A stretch of 64,000 bases of DNA from an uncultured Prevotellaceae bacterium (GCA_946404865.1 CAMJFC010000009.1:481-64480), one strand, 5' to 3'. Shown: positions 26,236 through 36,696, counted from the stretch's first letter. Program-made: numbers and translations. The notes: generated by a model not told the origin, from the sequence alone.

Positions 26236-28710
26236 ATGACCTATTCTATCGAGAAAATCACAACGCTCATCGGAGCGCACAGATATGGCGACAGTACGGC
26301 ACAAATCGGATGGATTCTCACCGACAGTCGTTCGCTCTGCTTCCCGGAAGAGACTTTGTTCTTCGCATTACGTTCGGAACGCAACGACGGAATGCGCTAC
26401 GTCGATGACCTCTATCACCGCGGGGTGCGCAATTTCGTGGTTCACACCGTGCCCGCTGCTTTTGCTTCACACTATCCTGGTGCCAATTTCCTCAAGGTGG
26501 CCGATACGCTCATCGCCTTACAACGGCTCGCAGAGCGCCATCGTGAGGGTTTCGATATCCCTGTGGTGGGCATCACGGGCAGCAACGGCAAAACCATCGT
26601 CAAGGAATGGCTGTATCAGTTGCTATCACCCGACAAGGTGGTCACGCGCTCACCGAAGAGTTATAATTCGCAGATCGGGGTACCGTTGTCGGTGTGGCAT
26701 CTCCATGAACAAAGCCAAATCGGACTCTTTGAGGCGGGCATCAGCAAGCCGGGCGAGATGGAACGCCTCCGCAGCATCATCCAACCCACCATCGGTGTGC
26801 TCACCTCGTTAGGCTCCGCCCATCAGGAGAATTTTGACTCGTTGGAGCAGAAATGCCGTGAGAAACTGCGTCTCTTCCACGACGCCACGGCCATCGTCTA
26901 TTGTGCCGATGACCCGTTGGTGAGGGACATCATCGACACCTGTCCCTATAAAGGAATGAAACTGGCGTGGTCGCAGACCGACCCGAAGGCGTCGCTGTTC
27001 TTCAGCCGTGTGGAGAAGAACGAGGACAGCACCTGCGTGACATGGAACTACCAAGGGCACAGCGGCACCTACCAACTGCCCTTTATCGACGAGGCGTCGG
27101 TGGTGAACTCCATGACTTGCACGGCAGTCTTGCTGCTTTTAGGCTTAGAAGCGGCAACCATCACCTCGCGGATGGCGGCCTTGGAACCCATCGCCATGCG
27201 ATTGGAGGTGAAGGAGGGACAACACGGATGTACACTCATCAACGACTCGTATAATTCCGACATCAATTCGCTCGACATCGCACTCGACTTCATGAACCGC
27301 CGTCCCGACCATCAGGGACGCAGTCACACGCTAATTCTCAGCGACATCTACCAGAGCGGCATCCCACAGGACCTGCTGTATCGCGAAGTGGCGCAGTTGG
27401 TCGCCAAACGCGGCGTGAAGAAACTGATTGGCATCGGTCCCCAAATCTCGGCGCAAGCCGCACAGTTCGATGTCAAGGAGCGTTATTTCTTCCCCTCGTC
27501 CGAAGCGTTCATCGCCTCCGAGGTATTCACTGCATTGCACGATGAGGTGATTCTGCTCAAAGGCGCACGCCCGTTCCATTTCGACCAACTCACCGAACTG
27601 CTTGAGCAGAAGGTGCATGAGACCATCCTCGAGGTGAATCTCAACGCCATGGTCGATAACCTCAACTATTTCCGCTCGTATCTCAAACCCGACACCAAAT
27701 TAGTGTGCATGATCAAAGCCGAAGGCTATGGAGCCGGAGCGGTGGAGATAGCAAAGACGCTGCAAGACCACCAAGTGGACTATCTGGCGGTGGCGGTGGC
27801 CGACGAGGGTGTGACGCTGCGGCGCAACGGCATCACGGGCAACATCATGGTGATGAACCCTGAGATGACATCGTTTAAGTCGCTCTTCGACTATAAGCTG
27901 GAACCGGAGGTGTATAACTTCCGCTTGCTCGACGCTTTGGTGCGGGCGGCACAAAAAGAAGGTATCACGGATTATCCTGTCCACATCAAACTCGATACGG
28001 GCATGCACCGCCTCGGTTTCGACCCGCAGCACGACATGGAGGAACTGATTGCTCGCCTCAAAGGGCAGAATGCCATCATCCCGAGGTCGGTGTTCTCGCA
28101 TTTCGTAGGTTCCGACAGCGATGATTTCGACCGTTTCTCACAGCATCAGTTCGAACTGTTCTGCCAGGCTTCAGAGCAGTTGCAAGCGGCCTTCCCCCAC
28201 AAGATCCTGCGCCATATCGACAACAGCGCCGGCATCGTGCATTTCCCTGAGCGTCAATTGGATATGTGTCGGTTGGGACTGGGATTGTACGGCATTGACA
28301 GTCGCGACAACCATATCATCCATAATGTCTCGACACTGAAGACTACCATCCTGCAACTGCGCCATGTGCCAAAGGAGGATACGGTGGGGTACAGCCGCAA
28401 GGGCATCCTCACACGCGACAGTGTCATCGCAGCCATCCCCATTGGCTATGCCGACGGTCTGGACCGCCATTTAGGACGCGGACACGGCTACTGTCTGGTC
28501 AACGGACAGAAAGCGCCATACGTGGGAAATATCTGCATGGATGTGGCGATGATTGACGTCACCGACATCCCCTGCCATGAAGGCGATACGGTGGAAATCT
28601 TCGGTGACCACCTGCCCGTGACGGTGCTCTCCGATATCCTCGAAACCATCCCCTACGAAATCCTCACCTCTGTCAGCAACAGGGTAAAGAGGGTGTACTT
28701 CCAAGACTGA
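26236..28710 (+). CDS. Bifunctional MurF ligase/alanine racemase
   Basis: ITGSNGKT, INDSYNSD (MurF); MIKAEGYGAG, HIKLDTGMHRLG, GYADG, GNICMD, IPYEILT (Alr). Confidence 0.95.
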   Translation: MTYSIEKITTLIGAHRYGDSTAQIGWILTDSRSLCFPEETLFFALRSERNDGMRYVDDLYHRGVRNFVVHTVPAAFASHYPGANFLKVADTLIALQRLAERHREGFDIPVVGITGSNGKTIVKEWLYQLLSPDKVVTRSPKSYNSQIGVPLSVWHLHEQSQIGLFEAGISKPGEMERLRSIIQPTIGVLTSLGSAHQENFDSLEQKCREKLRLFHDATAIVYCADDPLVRDIIDTCPYKGMKLAWSQTDPKASLFFSRVEKNEDSTCVTWNYQGHSGTYQLPFIDEASVVNSMTCTAVLLLLGLEAATITSRMAALEPIAMRLEVKEGQHGCTLINDSYNSDINSLDIALDFMNRRPDHQGRSHTLILSDIYQSGIPQDLLYREVAQLVAKRGVKKLIGIGPQISAQAAQFDVKERYFFPSSEAFIASEVFTALHDEVILLKGARPFHFDQLTELLEQKVHETILEVNLNAMVDNLNYFRSYLKPDTKLVCMIKAEGYGAGAVEIAKTLQDHQVDYLAVAVADEGVTLRRNGITGNIMVMNPEMTSFKSLFDYKLEPEVYNFRLLDALVRAAQKEGITDYPVHIKLDTGMHRLGFDPQHDMEELIARLKGQNAIIPRSVFSHFVGSDSDDFDRFSQHQFELFCQASEQLQAAFPHKILRHIDNSAGIVHFPERQLDMCRLGLGLYGIDSRDNHIIHNVSTLKTTILQLRHVPKEDTVGYSRKGILTRDSVIAAIPIGYADGLDRHLGRGHGYCLVNGQKAPYVGNICMDVAMIDVTDIPCHEGDTVEIFGDHLPVTVLSDILETIPYEILTSVSNRVKRVYFQD

Positions 28711-28776
28711 GGAAAATTAAAAAATTAGAAAATTATAATATTAAAAAGTGTGTCAAAACACTTGTAATTCTCTTCA

Positions 28777-28860
28777 ACAACGGATTCCACGGATTTCACG
28801 GATTTACAACGTGCTGATTATCAGCAAACAAAAATCTGTGAAATCCGTGAAATCTGTTGT
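28777..28860. repeat. Palindromic element built from 9-mers
   Basis: (CACGGATTT-like)x3 - GCTGATTATCAGC - (AAATCYGTG)x3, between convergent genes. Confidence 0.8.
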
Positions 28861-29739
28861 CTATTCCATTTCTTCAGCAACATCCAATAAGGGATATTTC
28901 TCTTTGAGCCGCTGAATTTTCTCGTTCACTTGCGCTTTAAATGCCAGATACTCAGCCGACTCAGGGTGGAGCGGACGGTGATGGAGGGCTTCTTTCACGG
29001 GTCGCCACTCCTCAAGAAAACGTTTGGCAGCATCGCTGAAATAGACATCGGCCAACCGCTGGAAGATATACTCTACGGCCTGTTCAGAGGGGTGCAGCAT
29101 GTCGGACGCATAGAAACGGTAGTCGCGCAACTCATCGAGCACGATCTCGTAGGCAGGGAAATAGGAGGCCGGAGCCTCCCCCGTAGCCCCTCCGAAGGAG
29201 GGGGGCATTGTCTGCGACAAATTGCGTATTGCTTGCAGCACCTCTTGTACCGCCAAGAGCAAGGTGGCTTTGGAGAGCTGGCTGCCATGAAAACCGTATT
29301 TGGCATAGCGGATGGGGCTGACCGTGAAGACCACATGGACATCGCGGCGGCGCGAGCGCAACACCTCGACGCACCGTCTCAGATACGCGGCACATTCAGT
29401 CACAGACAGTTCACGCTCTTCAAACAACCGTGCGGGACGTTTTTGGCAGTTGTCCACAATTTCGCCCGTCTCCTTGAGCATATACACATGATTCGTGCCC
29501 AGTGTGATGAACGCCACCCGGGGTGCCACCTCCGTGCGCTCGATGGTATGGAGCACACTGGCGGGATTGTACATGGTGCCATAAGGATTGACCGTGGCGC
29601 GGAACTGCTCCTCTTGAAATCGCCTTCCGATGCCGTCCGCGAAACATGAGCCCACGAAGAGTATCTCCTCAAAGGGTTCAATCAAAAAACCAGGCTTTTC
29701 AACCGCCACGGGTGTATTCCACTGCATCATACCGGCCAT
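28861..29739 (-). CDS. GSCFA domain protein
   Basis: FVGSCFA, NPYGTMYNP, FTVSPIRY, YFPAYEIVLDELRDYRFY, DMLHP. Confidence 0.92.
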   Translation of the reverse strand: MAGMMQWNTPVAVEKPGFLIEPFEEILFVGSCFADGIGRRFQEEQFRATVNPYGTMYNPASVLHTIERTEVAPRVAFITLGTNHVYMLKETGEIVDNCQKRPARLFEERELSVTECAAYLRRCVEVLRSRRRDVHVVFTVSPIRYAKYGFHGSQLSKATLLLAVQEVLQAIRNLSQTMPPSFGGATGEAPASYFPAYEIVLDELRDYRFYASDMLHPSEQAVEYIFQRLADVYFSDAAKRFLEEWRPVKEALHHRPLHPESAEYLAFKAQVNEKIQRLKEKYPLLDVAEEME

Positions 29740-29749
29740 TCAACATTCT

Positions 29750-32587
29750 TCAGCTTCTACTTACTTGTAACCCACTGCCAGAGAGACTCATATCAACAAA
29801 ACGCGCATTGGCGTTGCGATACGGGTCGGCAGCGAGAATTTGACGGACACGGGCAGCCGCCTCAGGGTCTTTGGCTATCATATAGAGATAGCCTCCCCCA
29901 CCCGCTCCAGGCAACTTATAACCCAAGCAAAGGTCGTCAACCAACTCCGTGATGCGCTGCACCTCGGCGGGATTGGTGCCGTTGTCAATGGCTTGATTCT
30001 GCGCCCAAGTATGCCGCACAAGGCGTCCCATGTGCTCGAAGTCATTGCGTTGGATGGCCTCGTACATCTCCATCGTATGCGATTTCATCTGCCGCAACTG
30101 CGACAGTTCGTCGTGCTGGTTGAGGAACATCTTACGCACAATTTCGGCCAAGATCGTCTTTGCCGTGCGCGTGATGCCCGTATAGTAGAGCAGATGACAC
30201 GCCCTGTAGTCGGAACGTGTGAACAGTTCGTCGGGCAACCACCTCACCACGGGGTTTTGGTCGAAACCCTCTGAGGTCTGCAGCAGTTTCACACCTTGCA
30301 GGAGTCCGCCGAACTGGTCTTGCCATCCTCCACCCGTTGTGAGCAACTGCTCCAAGACAAGGGTTCGGTGGCCTATCTCGTTCTTATCCCACATCAGTCC
30401 GCAGAAATCGTTGAGTGCCCCCAACACCGTGGCGGCAATCACACTGCTGGTGCCCAGACCGCTGCCGGCGGGGATGGCTGAGAGGAGTGTCACCTCGATG
30501 CCGCAACCGAAGGCTTGCAACTGCGATTGCAACGAATCGAAAGGCTCGGCCGAGAAACCGGGTTGGAAACCGGCAAGCACCAATGCCGCCTTCGGAATGG
30601 AAAACGGACTGCCAACATGGTAGAAATCAGCCAGTTGCTCGTAGGTGGTCACTTCTTCAGCGGCACCGAGGTCGATGCTGCGAAGGATGATTTTGGGTTC
30701 GCGACAGGGTTTCACGTAGGTCTGGATGGGCTGTTGACCATTGAGTTCAATCGCCAAGTTAATGACGGCGCCGCCCTCCATCAGGCAATAAGGCGGTGTG
30801 TCGGTCCATCCACCGGCGATATCAATACGCACCGGACTGCGACCCCATACGATCTGGTCGGCATAGACCGACATGCGGGGCGATTGTTTGTCGGCCAACG
30901 CTGAGGTGGTCAGTCCCTGACGGAGCAAGCCGAAGGCTTTGTCGGCCTCTTCTTCTGCCCTTTGCGCTTCACCCTTCAGACGCAGACGCTCCGAGCGGAA
31001 CATCGCGTCGTGGATGCGGGTCATCAGCGGGTCGTCCTCACTCAGCGGCGACGGCAAGGCGATGTTATTGGCCTGAAACTCCCGCGCGGCATCCTCCAAA
31101 TCCAGTTGATAGAACACGCTATGCTGGTAGTTTTTCGCCAAGAACGGCCAGTTTTTCGCTCTGTTTTCCTTCCGTTGCTCCTCCAAGCGACGCAGGTTCG
31201 CCTCAGCGGATATCTCTTCGGCACTCATGCGCCGTGACATGTTCCACAACATCCGCCCGCCGTCCTGATAAGGTTCGTTGAGCATCCAACGCAACACCAA
31301 TCCGGCATCGTGCGAATTGTCTACGACGGGGAAGATGCATGCCGATTGCATGTCGTCACCTCCCGGTATGGCTGTTGGGTCGATGCCTCGTTCGGCTGCC
31401 CATTGAATGAACGGCTGACCGAGGAAGAGGGTTGAAGGGTCGTTGACACGACCTTTGAATCGGTCGTCGTAGCCGTAGGGACGCACCACGTATTGCGACT
31501 CGCCCACGGGAACGATGTCGATACACTGTCCGGCCTTTAACGCTATCTGCCACGCATTCTCGGGCACACCTGTAATCACGTGGTGGTTGGTCAATGTCCA
31601 CCCTTCGCTGATGCAACTGTTCTCCACCCACAGATGGTGATTGTCGGAGGTGATTTTCGCCCACGTCTCCGAGTTCTGTATGAACATGGAAGGATGGGGT
31701 TTGCGAGAACGGTGTATGATACGCCGCTGGTCGTTGACCAAGTTTTGCACTTCGAGCGTTGAGGAGATAATCTCATGGGTGGTACCGAAGTGATAGAACT
31801 CTCCTCCGGGCAACGGCAAGATGGCCACACTCAGGGCAGCGAGGTCGGGGTCATCGATTTCGGGTTCATCACCCAACGCGCGCCCGAAGTCGGAATAGAG
31901 GTCGTAGTTGATGACCTCGCCGTCGCGTGTGGATTTCTCGCGCAACAACCGCAGCGCACGTTCCGAGAGGAGCCATATCCCGATGTCGGTCAGATAGAAA
32001 TGATCCTTGAGCAACCCGCCGAGCACCTCGACAGATGGTTTTTGCATCATCCGCTTCAAGCGCGACGGTGAGCGGCGGTCGGACACAAAGATGCCATGGT
32101 CTTTGGCTATCTCGGGACCAAGCCACAAGCCGTAGCACACCACATCGGCTTCAGGAATGGGCTGAAGCGGTTCGGTGGCACGGATGAACACGTCGCCACT
32201 GACAATCATGGTGGTCAGACTGTCGGGGGCGGCCTTCATGATTTGCTCATAGAGGGGCACCTGTATGTCGAGCAGGTTCTGCGACAACCGTTGTCCGCGT
32301 TCCCAACGGAACACGGGGATGGGGGTGAGAATCTTTCCTGACGGGGCATACGACGGCAATCGGCGCGACTGCCCACCGGCGTGGATGATGATTCGTTGAT
32401 TAGAGGTAAGAGGTAAGGGGCAAGAGGTATGCTGCTCGTAAGCGTTGAGCAGATGGGTGGTGCCACCGCCACTACCGAGTTTACGGCCAACGGGGTCGTT
32501 GGCGCAAAACCATTGTTGCGGATCCAAACCCGTGATGTCGTGAAAGCAACCGACGAGATTTGGGGGAAGAGATAGGAGATATTGCAT
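29750..32587 (-). CDS. fkp: Bifunctional L-fucokinase/GDP-fucose pyrophosphorylase
   Basis: KLGSGGGT, HAGGQSRRLPSY, SPVRIDIAGGWTDTPP, IPAGSGLGTSS, GGGWQDQ, KLPGAGGGG. Confidence 0.96.
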   Translation of the reverse strand: MQYLLSLPPNLVGCFHDITGLDPQQWFCANDPVGRKLGSGGGTTHLLNAYEQHTSCPLPLTSNQRIIIHAGGQSRRLPSYAPSGKILTPIPVFRWERGQRLSQNLLDIQVPLYEQIMKAAPDSLTTMIVSGDVFIRATEPLQPIPEADVVCYGLWLGPEIAKDHGIFVSDRRSPSRLKRMMQKPSVEVLGGLLKDHFYLTDIGIWLLSERALRLLREKSTRDGEVINYDLYSDFGRALGDEPEIDDPDLAALSVAILPLPGGEFYHFGTTHEIISSTLEVQNLVNDQRRIIHRSRKPHPSMFIQNSETWAKITSDNHHLWVENSCISEGWTLTNHHVITGVPENAWQIALKAGQCIDIVPVGESQYVVRPYGYDDRFKGRVNDPSTLFLGQPFIQWAAERGIDPTAIPGGDDMQSACIFPVVDNSHDAGLVLRWMLNEPYQDGGRMLWNMSRRMSAEEISAEANLRRLEEQRKENRAKNWPFLAKNYQHSVFYQLDLEDAAREFQANNIALPSPLSEDDPLMTRIHDAMFRSERLRLKGEAQRAEEEADKAFGLLRQGLTTSALADKQSPRMSVYADQIVWGRSPVRIDIAGGWTDTPPYCLMEGGAVINLAIELNGQQPIQTYVKPCREPKIILRSIDLGAAEEVTTYEQLADFYHVGSPFSIPKAALVLAGFQPGFSAEPFDSLQSQLQAFGCGIEVTLLSAIPAGSGLGTSSVIAATVLGALNDFCGLMWDKNEIGHRTLVLEQLLTTGGGWQDQFGGLLQGVKLLQTSEGFDQNPVVRWLPDELFTRSDYRACHLLYYTGITRTAKTILAEIVRKMFLNQHDELSQLRQMKSHTMEMYEAIQRNDFEHMGRLVRHTWAQNQAIDNGTNPAEVQRITELVDDLCLGYKLPGAGGGGYLYMIAKDPEAAARVRQILAADPYRNANARFVDMSLSGSGLQVSRS

Positions 32588-32610
32588 GGGCTTCGCCAAA
32601 TGATAAATGA

Positions 32611-35181
32611 TTACTCCTGAGGCTTCTTTCTCAGCTTGGGTATGACGATTGCCGCCACGATACTGAGCAGAAGCAGGATGAGCGCGATGTGAGCCACGGT
32701 CTCAGTCTTTTCCACCGATTCGGGGAAGAATTTGAGTTCTATCTCATGTTGCCCGGCTGCCACGCGGATGGCACGGAGCGTATAGTTCACCCGGGCGATA
32801 TCCACAGGTTGACCATCGACCAGAGCCTCCCAACCGGGATAATAAATCTCAGAGAAGACGATGATGCCGCCCTTTTCCGACGAAACCTGATAGGTCAGGC
32901 GGTTGGGCTCGTAGGTCTTGATGCTGACGGTGTTGATGCTGTCTTGTACGATGGTGGTCGTGCTGTCCTTCGCCACAGCAACGGCGCTGTCTTGCACTGC
33001 GGCTTCTCCTAAGATGTCCTTGAATCGGATGTCGGCCACTGCGATATGAAGCAGGTCGGTAGTCGCGAGGGCATCGAGTTCCTCATTGGCGTTCTGCACA
33101 TACTTCACCCCATCGACCAACCACGCATTGCCATAGGCACCACTGTTTTGCAACGGGGTCACATTGCCATTTTGCAAGGGAAGGATGAAATACTTGGCAT
33201 TGAGCATGTTGAGCACCTTCATGCTGTCAGCGTTGGCATACTTCACCACCGGAATGCCGTATGCGTTCTCAGGCAACATCTCGGCTTCACCCTGCGCCAG
33301 ACTCTTGAACGCATAGTTCATCTCATCAGTGAGATAATGGTCTATCAAGTCTTGATAACGCTGCAATTTCGCGGCATGATAGCCACCGATGCTCTTGTGA
33401 TAGAAGGAGGTGGAATTGTCATTAAACGTATTTACGCTGAGATTCAGTACACGGTAATCGGGCGACTGGTCTTGAAGGATGGCCTCGTCGGCTGCGGTCT
33501 TGGGCAGCGGCATCTCGCGCACACTCCTGTCGGCATTGAACTGCTCATCATGGAGATAACGTTTATTGACCGTCCACATGTCAACCAGGCAGAGCACAGC
33601 AAGCATGATGGCGAGATAGAGGGCTTTCATCTTGCCCTTGGCATAGACCCAGAGCAAGAGACATCCAATGACGATAATGGCAAGTGAACGCCAACAATCG
33701 GCGGTGAAGATGGCCTGACGGATGCCGATGAGATTTTCCGACAGTCCGGGCACCTGCGAGAAATATTGCTGTTCTTCATTAGAGATGAAACTGAAGAAGG
33801 TGCCGGGCATGATGGCGAACAACAAGGCCATACCTCCTGTCAACGCAAACGCCACGGCCGCCGTTTTCCAATTCTTCGTCAAAACGGCCGGTTCATCGAC
33901 AATCCGTTTGAGGGCCATCATTGCCAACAAGGGGATAGTGAACTCAGCCACGACAAGGATGGAGGCTACAGTACGGAATTTGGCGTACATGGGGAAATGG
34001 TCGATGAAGAAATCGGTCAGTCCCATGAAGTTCTTTCCCCACGACAACATAATGGTCAGGACGGTGACCGCCAGCAGCATCCACTTCATCGGTCCCTTGA
34101 CAATAAAGAGGCCGAGGATAAAGAGGAACACCACAAATGCGCCCACATAGACAGGGCCCGATGTGCCAGGCTGGTCGCCCCAATACTGCGGGAAAGCGCC
34201 GGCATTCTGCTGATAAATATCGCGGAACTCGCCCGCCTTCTCCATGGCTTTCTCATTGAGCACGAGCGGCACGGAGGCACCGCCCTTGGTGTTGGGGATG
34301 AGCAGGGTCCATGTCTCGCTGATGCCGTAACTCCAATGGGTGATATAGTCACGGTCCAGTCCGGTGGAGGTCTGGTTGTCGCTGGCGGGTTTCACCAGTT
34401 CGCTCTTACCGCGCATCGTCTCCTGCGAATACTCCCATGTATGAAAGAGGTTCGACAGGTTAATGCACACACCGATGAGCGCACCCACGACACACACGGC
34501 CGTAGCCTTGAAGAACTGCGCTAAGCGTTTCTGGCGGATAGCGATGAACAGGAAAGCAATGACCATGGCAGCGATGACGAACAGATAATAATAGGTCATC
34601 TGCACATGGTTGGCATTGATTTCAAAGGCGGTAAAGAGCGCGGTGACAGCCAATCCCCACCAATATTTCCCGCGGTAGGCCAGCACGATACCGGCAATCA
34701 TGGGCGGCAGATAGGCCAAGGCCATCACCTTCCAGATGTGTCCGGCTGCGATGATGATGAAGAAATAGGATGAGAACGCCCAGATGATGGAGCCTAATGC
34801 TGCCAGCGCACGACGGAAGTCGAACGCCCGGAGCAGGATATAGAAGCCCAAGAGATAGACGAACACATACCACACGTATTCCGGCATCCACAGGTGATAG
34901 GCTTTGACCGCCGTTTGCAGTTTGTCGGTGCTCTTATACGATGGTGCCGTCTGATAGGTTGGCATGCCACTGAAGGTGGCATTGGTCCAACGGGTTCTCT
35001 CACCCGTCTTTTGCAGATATTCCGACGCCTCTTGTCCGGCACCCCGCCCGGCTGCCACATCACCTTGTGAGATGATGCGCCCCTCGATATCGGCGGGATA
35101 GAAATAAGCAAAAGCGATAGCCGCAAAGACGGCAATAATGGCCACGTCAAACAGCCATGTGAATTTCAGATTCTTCATCAT
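32611..35181 (-). CDS. YfhO family (GT-C-like) membrane protein
   Basis: Many TM helices; FSGMPTYQ, NHVQMTYY, SIGGYHAAKL, FSEIYYPGW. Confidence 0.9.
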   Translation of the reverse strand: MMKNLKFTWLFDVAIIAVFAAIAFAYFYPADIEGRIISQGDVAAGRGAGQEASEYLQKTGERTRWTNATFSGMPTYQTAPSYKSTDKLQTAVKAYHLWMPEYVWYVFVYLLGFYILLRAFDFRRALAALGSIIWAFSSYFFIIIAAGHIWKVMALAYLPPMIAGIVLAYRGKYWWGLAVTALFTAFEINANHVQMTYYYLFVIAAMVIAFLFIAIRQKRLAQFFKATAVCVVGALIGVCINLSNLFHTWEYSQETMRGKSELVKPASDNQTSTGLDRDYITHWSYGISETWTLLIPNTKGGASVPLVLNEKAMEKAGEFRDIYQQNAGAFPQYWGDQPGTSGPVYVGAFVVFLFILGLFIVKGPMKWMLLAVTVLTIMLSWGKNFMGLTDFFIDHFPMYAKFRTVASILVVAEFTIPLLAMMALKRIVDEPAVLTKNWKTAAVAFALTGGMALLFAIMPGTFFSFISNEEQQYFSQVPGLSENLIGIRQAIFTADCWRSLAIIVIGCLLLWVYAKGKMKALYLAIMLAVLCLVDMWTVNKRYLHDEQFNADRSVREMPLPKTAADEAILQDQSPDYRVLNLSVNTFNDNSTSFYHKSIGGYHAAKLQRYQDLIDHYLTDEMNYAFKSLAQGEAEMLPENAYGIPVVKYANADSMKVLNMLNAKYFILPLQNGNVTPLQNSGAYGNAWLVDGVKYVQNANEELDALATTDLLHIAVADIRFKDILGEAAVQDSAVAVAKDSTTTIVQDSINTVSIKTYEPNRLTYQVSSEKGGIIVFSEIYYPGWEALVDGQPVDIARVNYTLRAIRVAAGQHEIELKFFPESVEKTETVAHIALILLLLSIVAAIVIPKLRKKPQE

Positions 35182-35274
35182 TGGGATTGTTTTCTTAATA
35201 ATCGGTGCAAAGTTAATGTTTTTTCTTTGGTTAAGGGTTGCAATTCAGAAAAAAGTTGTAAATTTGCAAGGTTA

Positions 35275-35410
35275 AAGGGGGCAAGGAGCAAGGGGCAGGA
35301 GGTTACTCAATCAATGGAGTAATGTCTTCACTCCTTCACTCCTCCACTCCTTCACTCCTCCACTCCAAAAATAACTATTGTCCAAACTCCTAAACTCCCA
35401 AACTCCTAAA
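35275..35410 (+). repeat. Heptamer/octamer repeat tract in the mtnN leader
   Basis: GGGGCAA-type heptamers, (CTYCACTC)x5, (CYAAACTC)n. Confidence 0.8.
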
Positions 35411-35414
35411 ATAT

Positions 35415-36098
35415 ATGAAAATCGGAATCATCGTCGCAATGGAAAAAGAATTTGTCCAGTTGCGCACCTTATTAGACGAAAGCACCACAGAGCGCCAACA
35501 TGGCAAGGACTTCGTACTTGGGAAAATCGGCGACAATGACATCATCATGCAACAGTGCGGTATCGGCAAGGTCAACTCCGCCGTCGGATGTGTGGAGATG
35601 ATACATGCCTACCAACCCGACCTCATCATCTCGACTGGCGTGGCCGGAGGAGCCGATGTGTCGCTCAATATCACAGAGGTGGTGGCCGGCACACAATATG
35701 TCTATCACGATGTGTATTGTGGCAAGGAGGTGCAATACGGGCAACTGGTGGGCATGCCGCCATGGTTGAAGACGCCCAAAGAACTGATAGAGAAGGCTCT
35801 GTCAGTGGACTGCGGCACGCCGGTGCATGCGGGACTGATTGTCAGCGGCGACTGGTTTGTTGACAGCAAGGAGAAGATGCGCGACATCCTCAGCCATTTC
35901 CCGGAGGCCATGGCTGTCGATATGGAGAGCGGTTCCATCGCTCACACTTGTTATCTCTATCACGTGCCATTCATCTCCTTCCGCATCATCAGCGACATCC
36001 CCCTGAAGGATACCGACGCCTCGCAATATTTCGACTTCTGGAACCGCATGGCCGAGGGGTCGTTTAATGTGACGAAAGAGTTTCTGAGCAAACTTTAA
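35415..36098 (+). CDS. mtnN: 5'-methylthioadenosine/S-adenosylhomocysteine nucleosidase
   Basis: MKIGIIVAMEKE, CGIGKVNSA, STGVAGG, VDMES, FRIISD. Confidence 0.95.
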   Translation: MKIGIIVAMEKEFVQLRTLLDESTTERQHGKDFVLGKIGDNDIIMQQCGIGKVNSAVGCVEMIHAYQPDLIISTGVAGGADVSLNITEVVAGTQYVYHDVYCGKEVQYGQLVGMPPWLKTPKELIEKALSVDCGTPVHAGLIVSGDWFVDSKEKMRDILSHFPEAMAVDMESGSIAHTCYLYHVPFISFRIISDIPLKDTDASQYFDFWNRMAEGSFNVTKEFLSKL

Positions 36099-36112
36099 TT
36101 CTAGGACGCACC

Positions 36113-36183
36113 TACGGAAAAGCCGGGATATCCGGAATCTCCGGAAAACCCAGAAAACCCGGAATCTCCGGAAAATCCGAAAG
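36113..36183. repeat. Degenerate 9-mer tandem array (CCGGAAWMY), about 8 units
   Basis: ccgggatat ccggaatct ccggaaaac ccagaaaac ccggaatct ccggaaaat. Confidence 0.85.
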
Positions 36184-36201
36184 CCTTTATTCTAAGAAAA
36201 C

Positions 36202-36696
36202 TTAGGCATCGGCGAAGACTTTGCCGTCGTCGAGTGTGATATGCAGCGGGGTATATTCGCTGTGGAAATCCTCTTTCAGGCGGTGCAGGTATCGCTCGCT
36301 CTCCCACTTGCACATGGGCAGGTCGTGCAGCAGGTAATTGCCGCATGCCTCGGGTCGGGTGGCGGGCACTTCCGTCTGCGTGAGCATCCACTCCAGGCAC
36401 CGCATCGTCAGGCGGCGCATATCCTCGACGGTATAGCGGCCTGTCATAATGATGTACATGCCCGTGAGACATCCCATCGGACCGACATACACGACATCGT
36501 CTTTTACTTCTGAATTACGAAACCATGTGGCCATCAGATGCTCCATGCTGTGCATGGCCGAAGGGGCCACGGCAGGCTCTTTGTTGGGTTCGGTGATGCG
36601 CAGGTCGAACGTGGTAAACCCCTTATCCTCGCGTGAAACGTAAATGCCTGGTTTCAAGTGGATATGGTCGATGGTGAAACTCTGTATCACTTCCAT
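36202..36696 (-). CDS. luxS: S-ribosylhomocysteine lyase
   Basis: SFTIDH, HSMEHL, GPMGCLTGMY, CGNYLLHDL. Confidence 0.96.
   Translation of the reverse strand: MEVIQSFTIDHIHLKPGIYVSREDKGFTTFDLRITEPNKEPAVAPSAMHSMEHLMATWFRNSEVKDDVVYVGPMGCLTGMYIIMTGRYTVEDMRRLTMRCLEWMLTQTEVPATRPEACGNYLLHDLPMCKWESERYLHRLKEDFHSEYTPLHITLDDGKVFADA

Noticed and set aside
26236-28710. MurF-alanine racemase fusion as a novelty
   Set aside because: Common in Bacteroidetes
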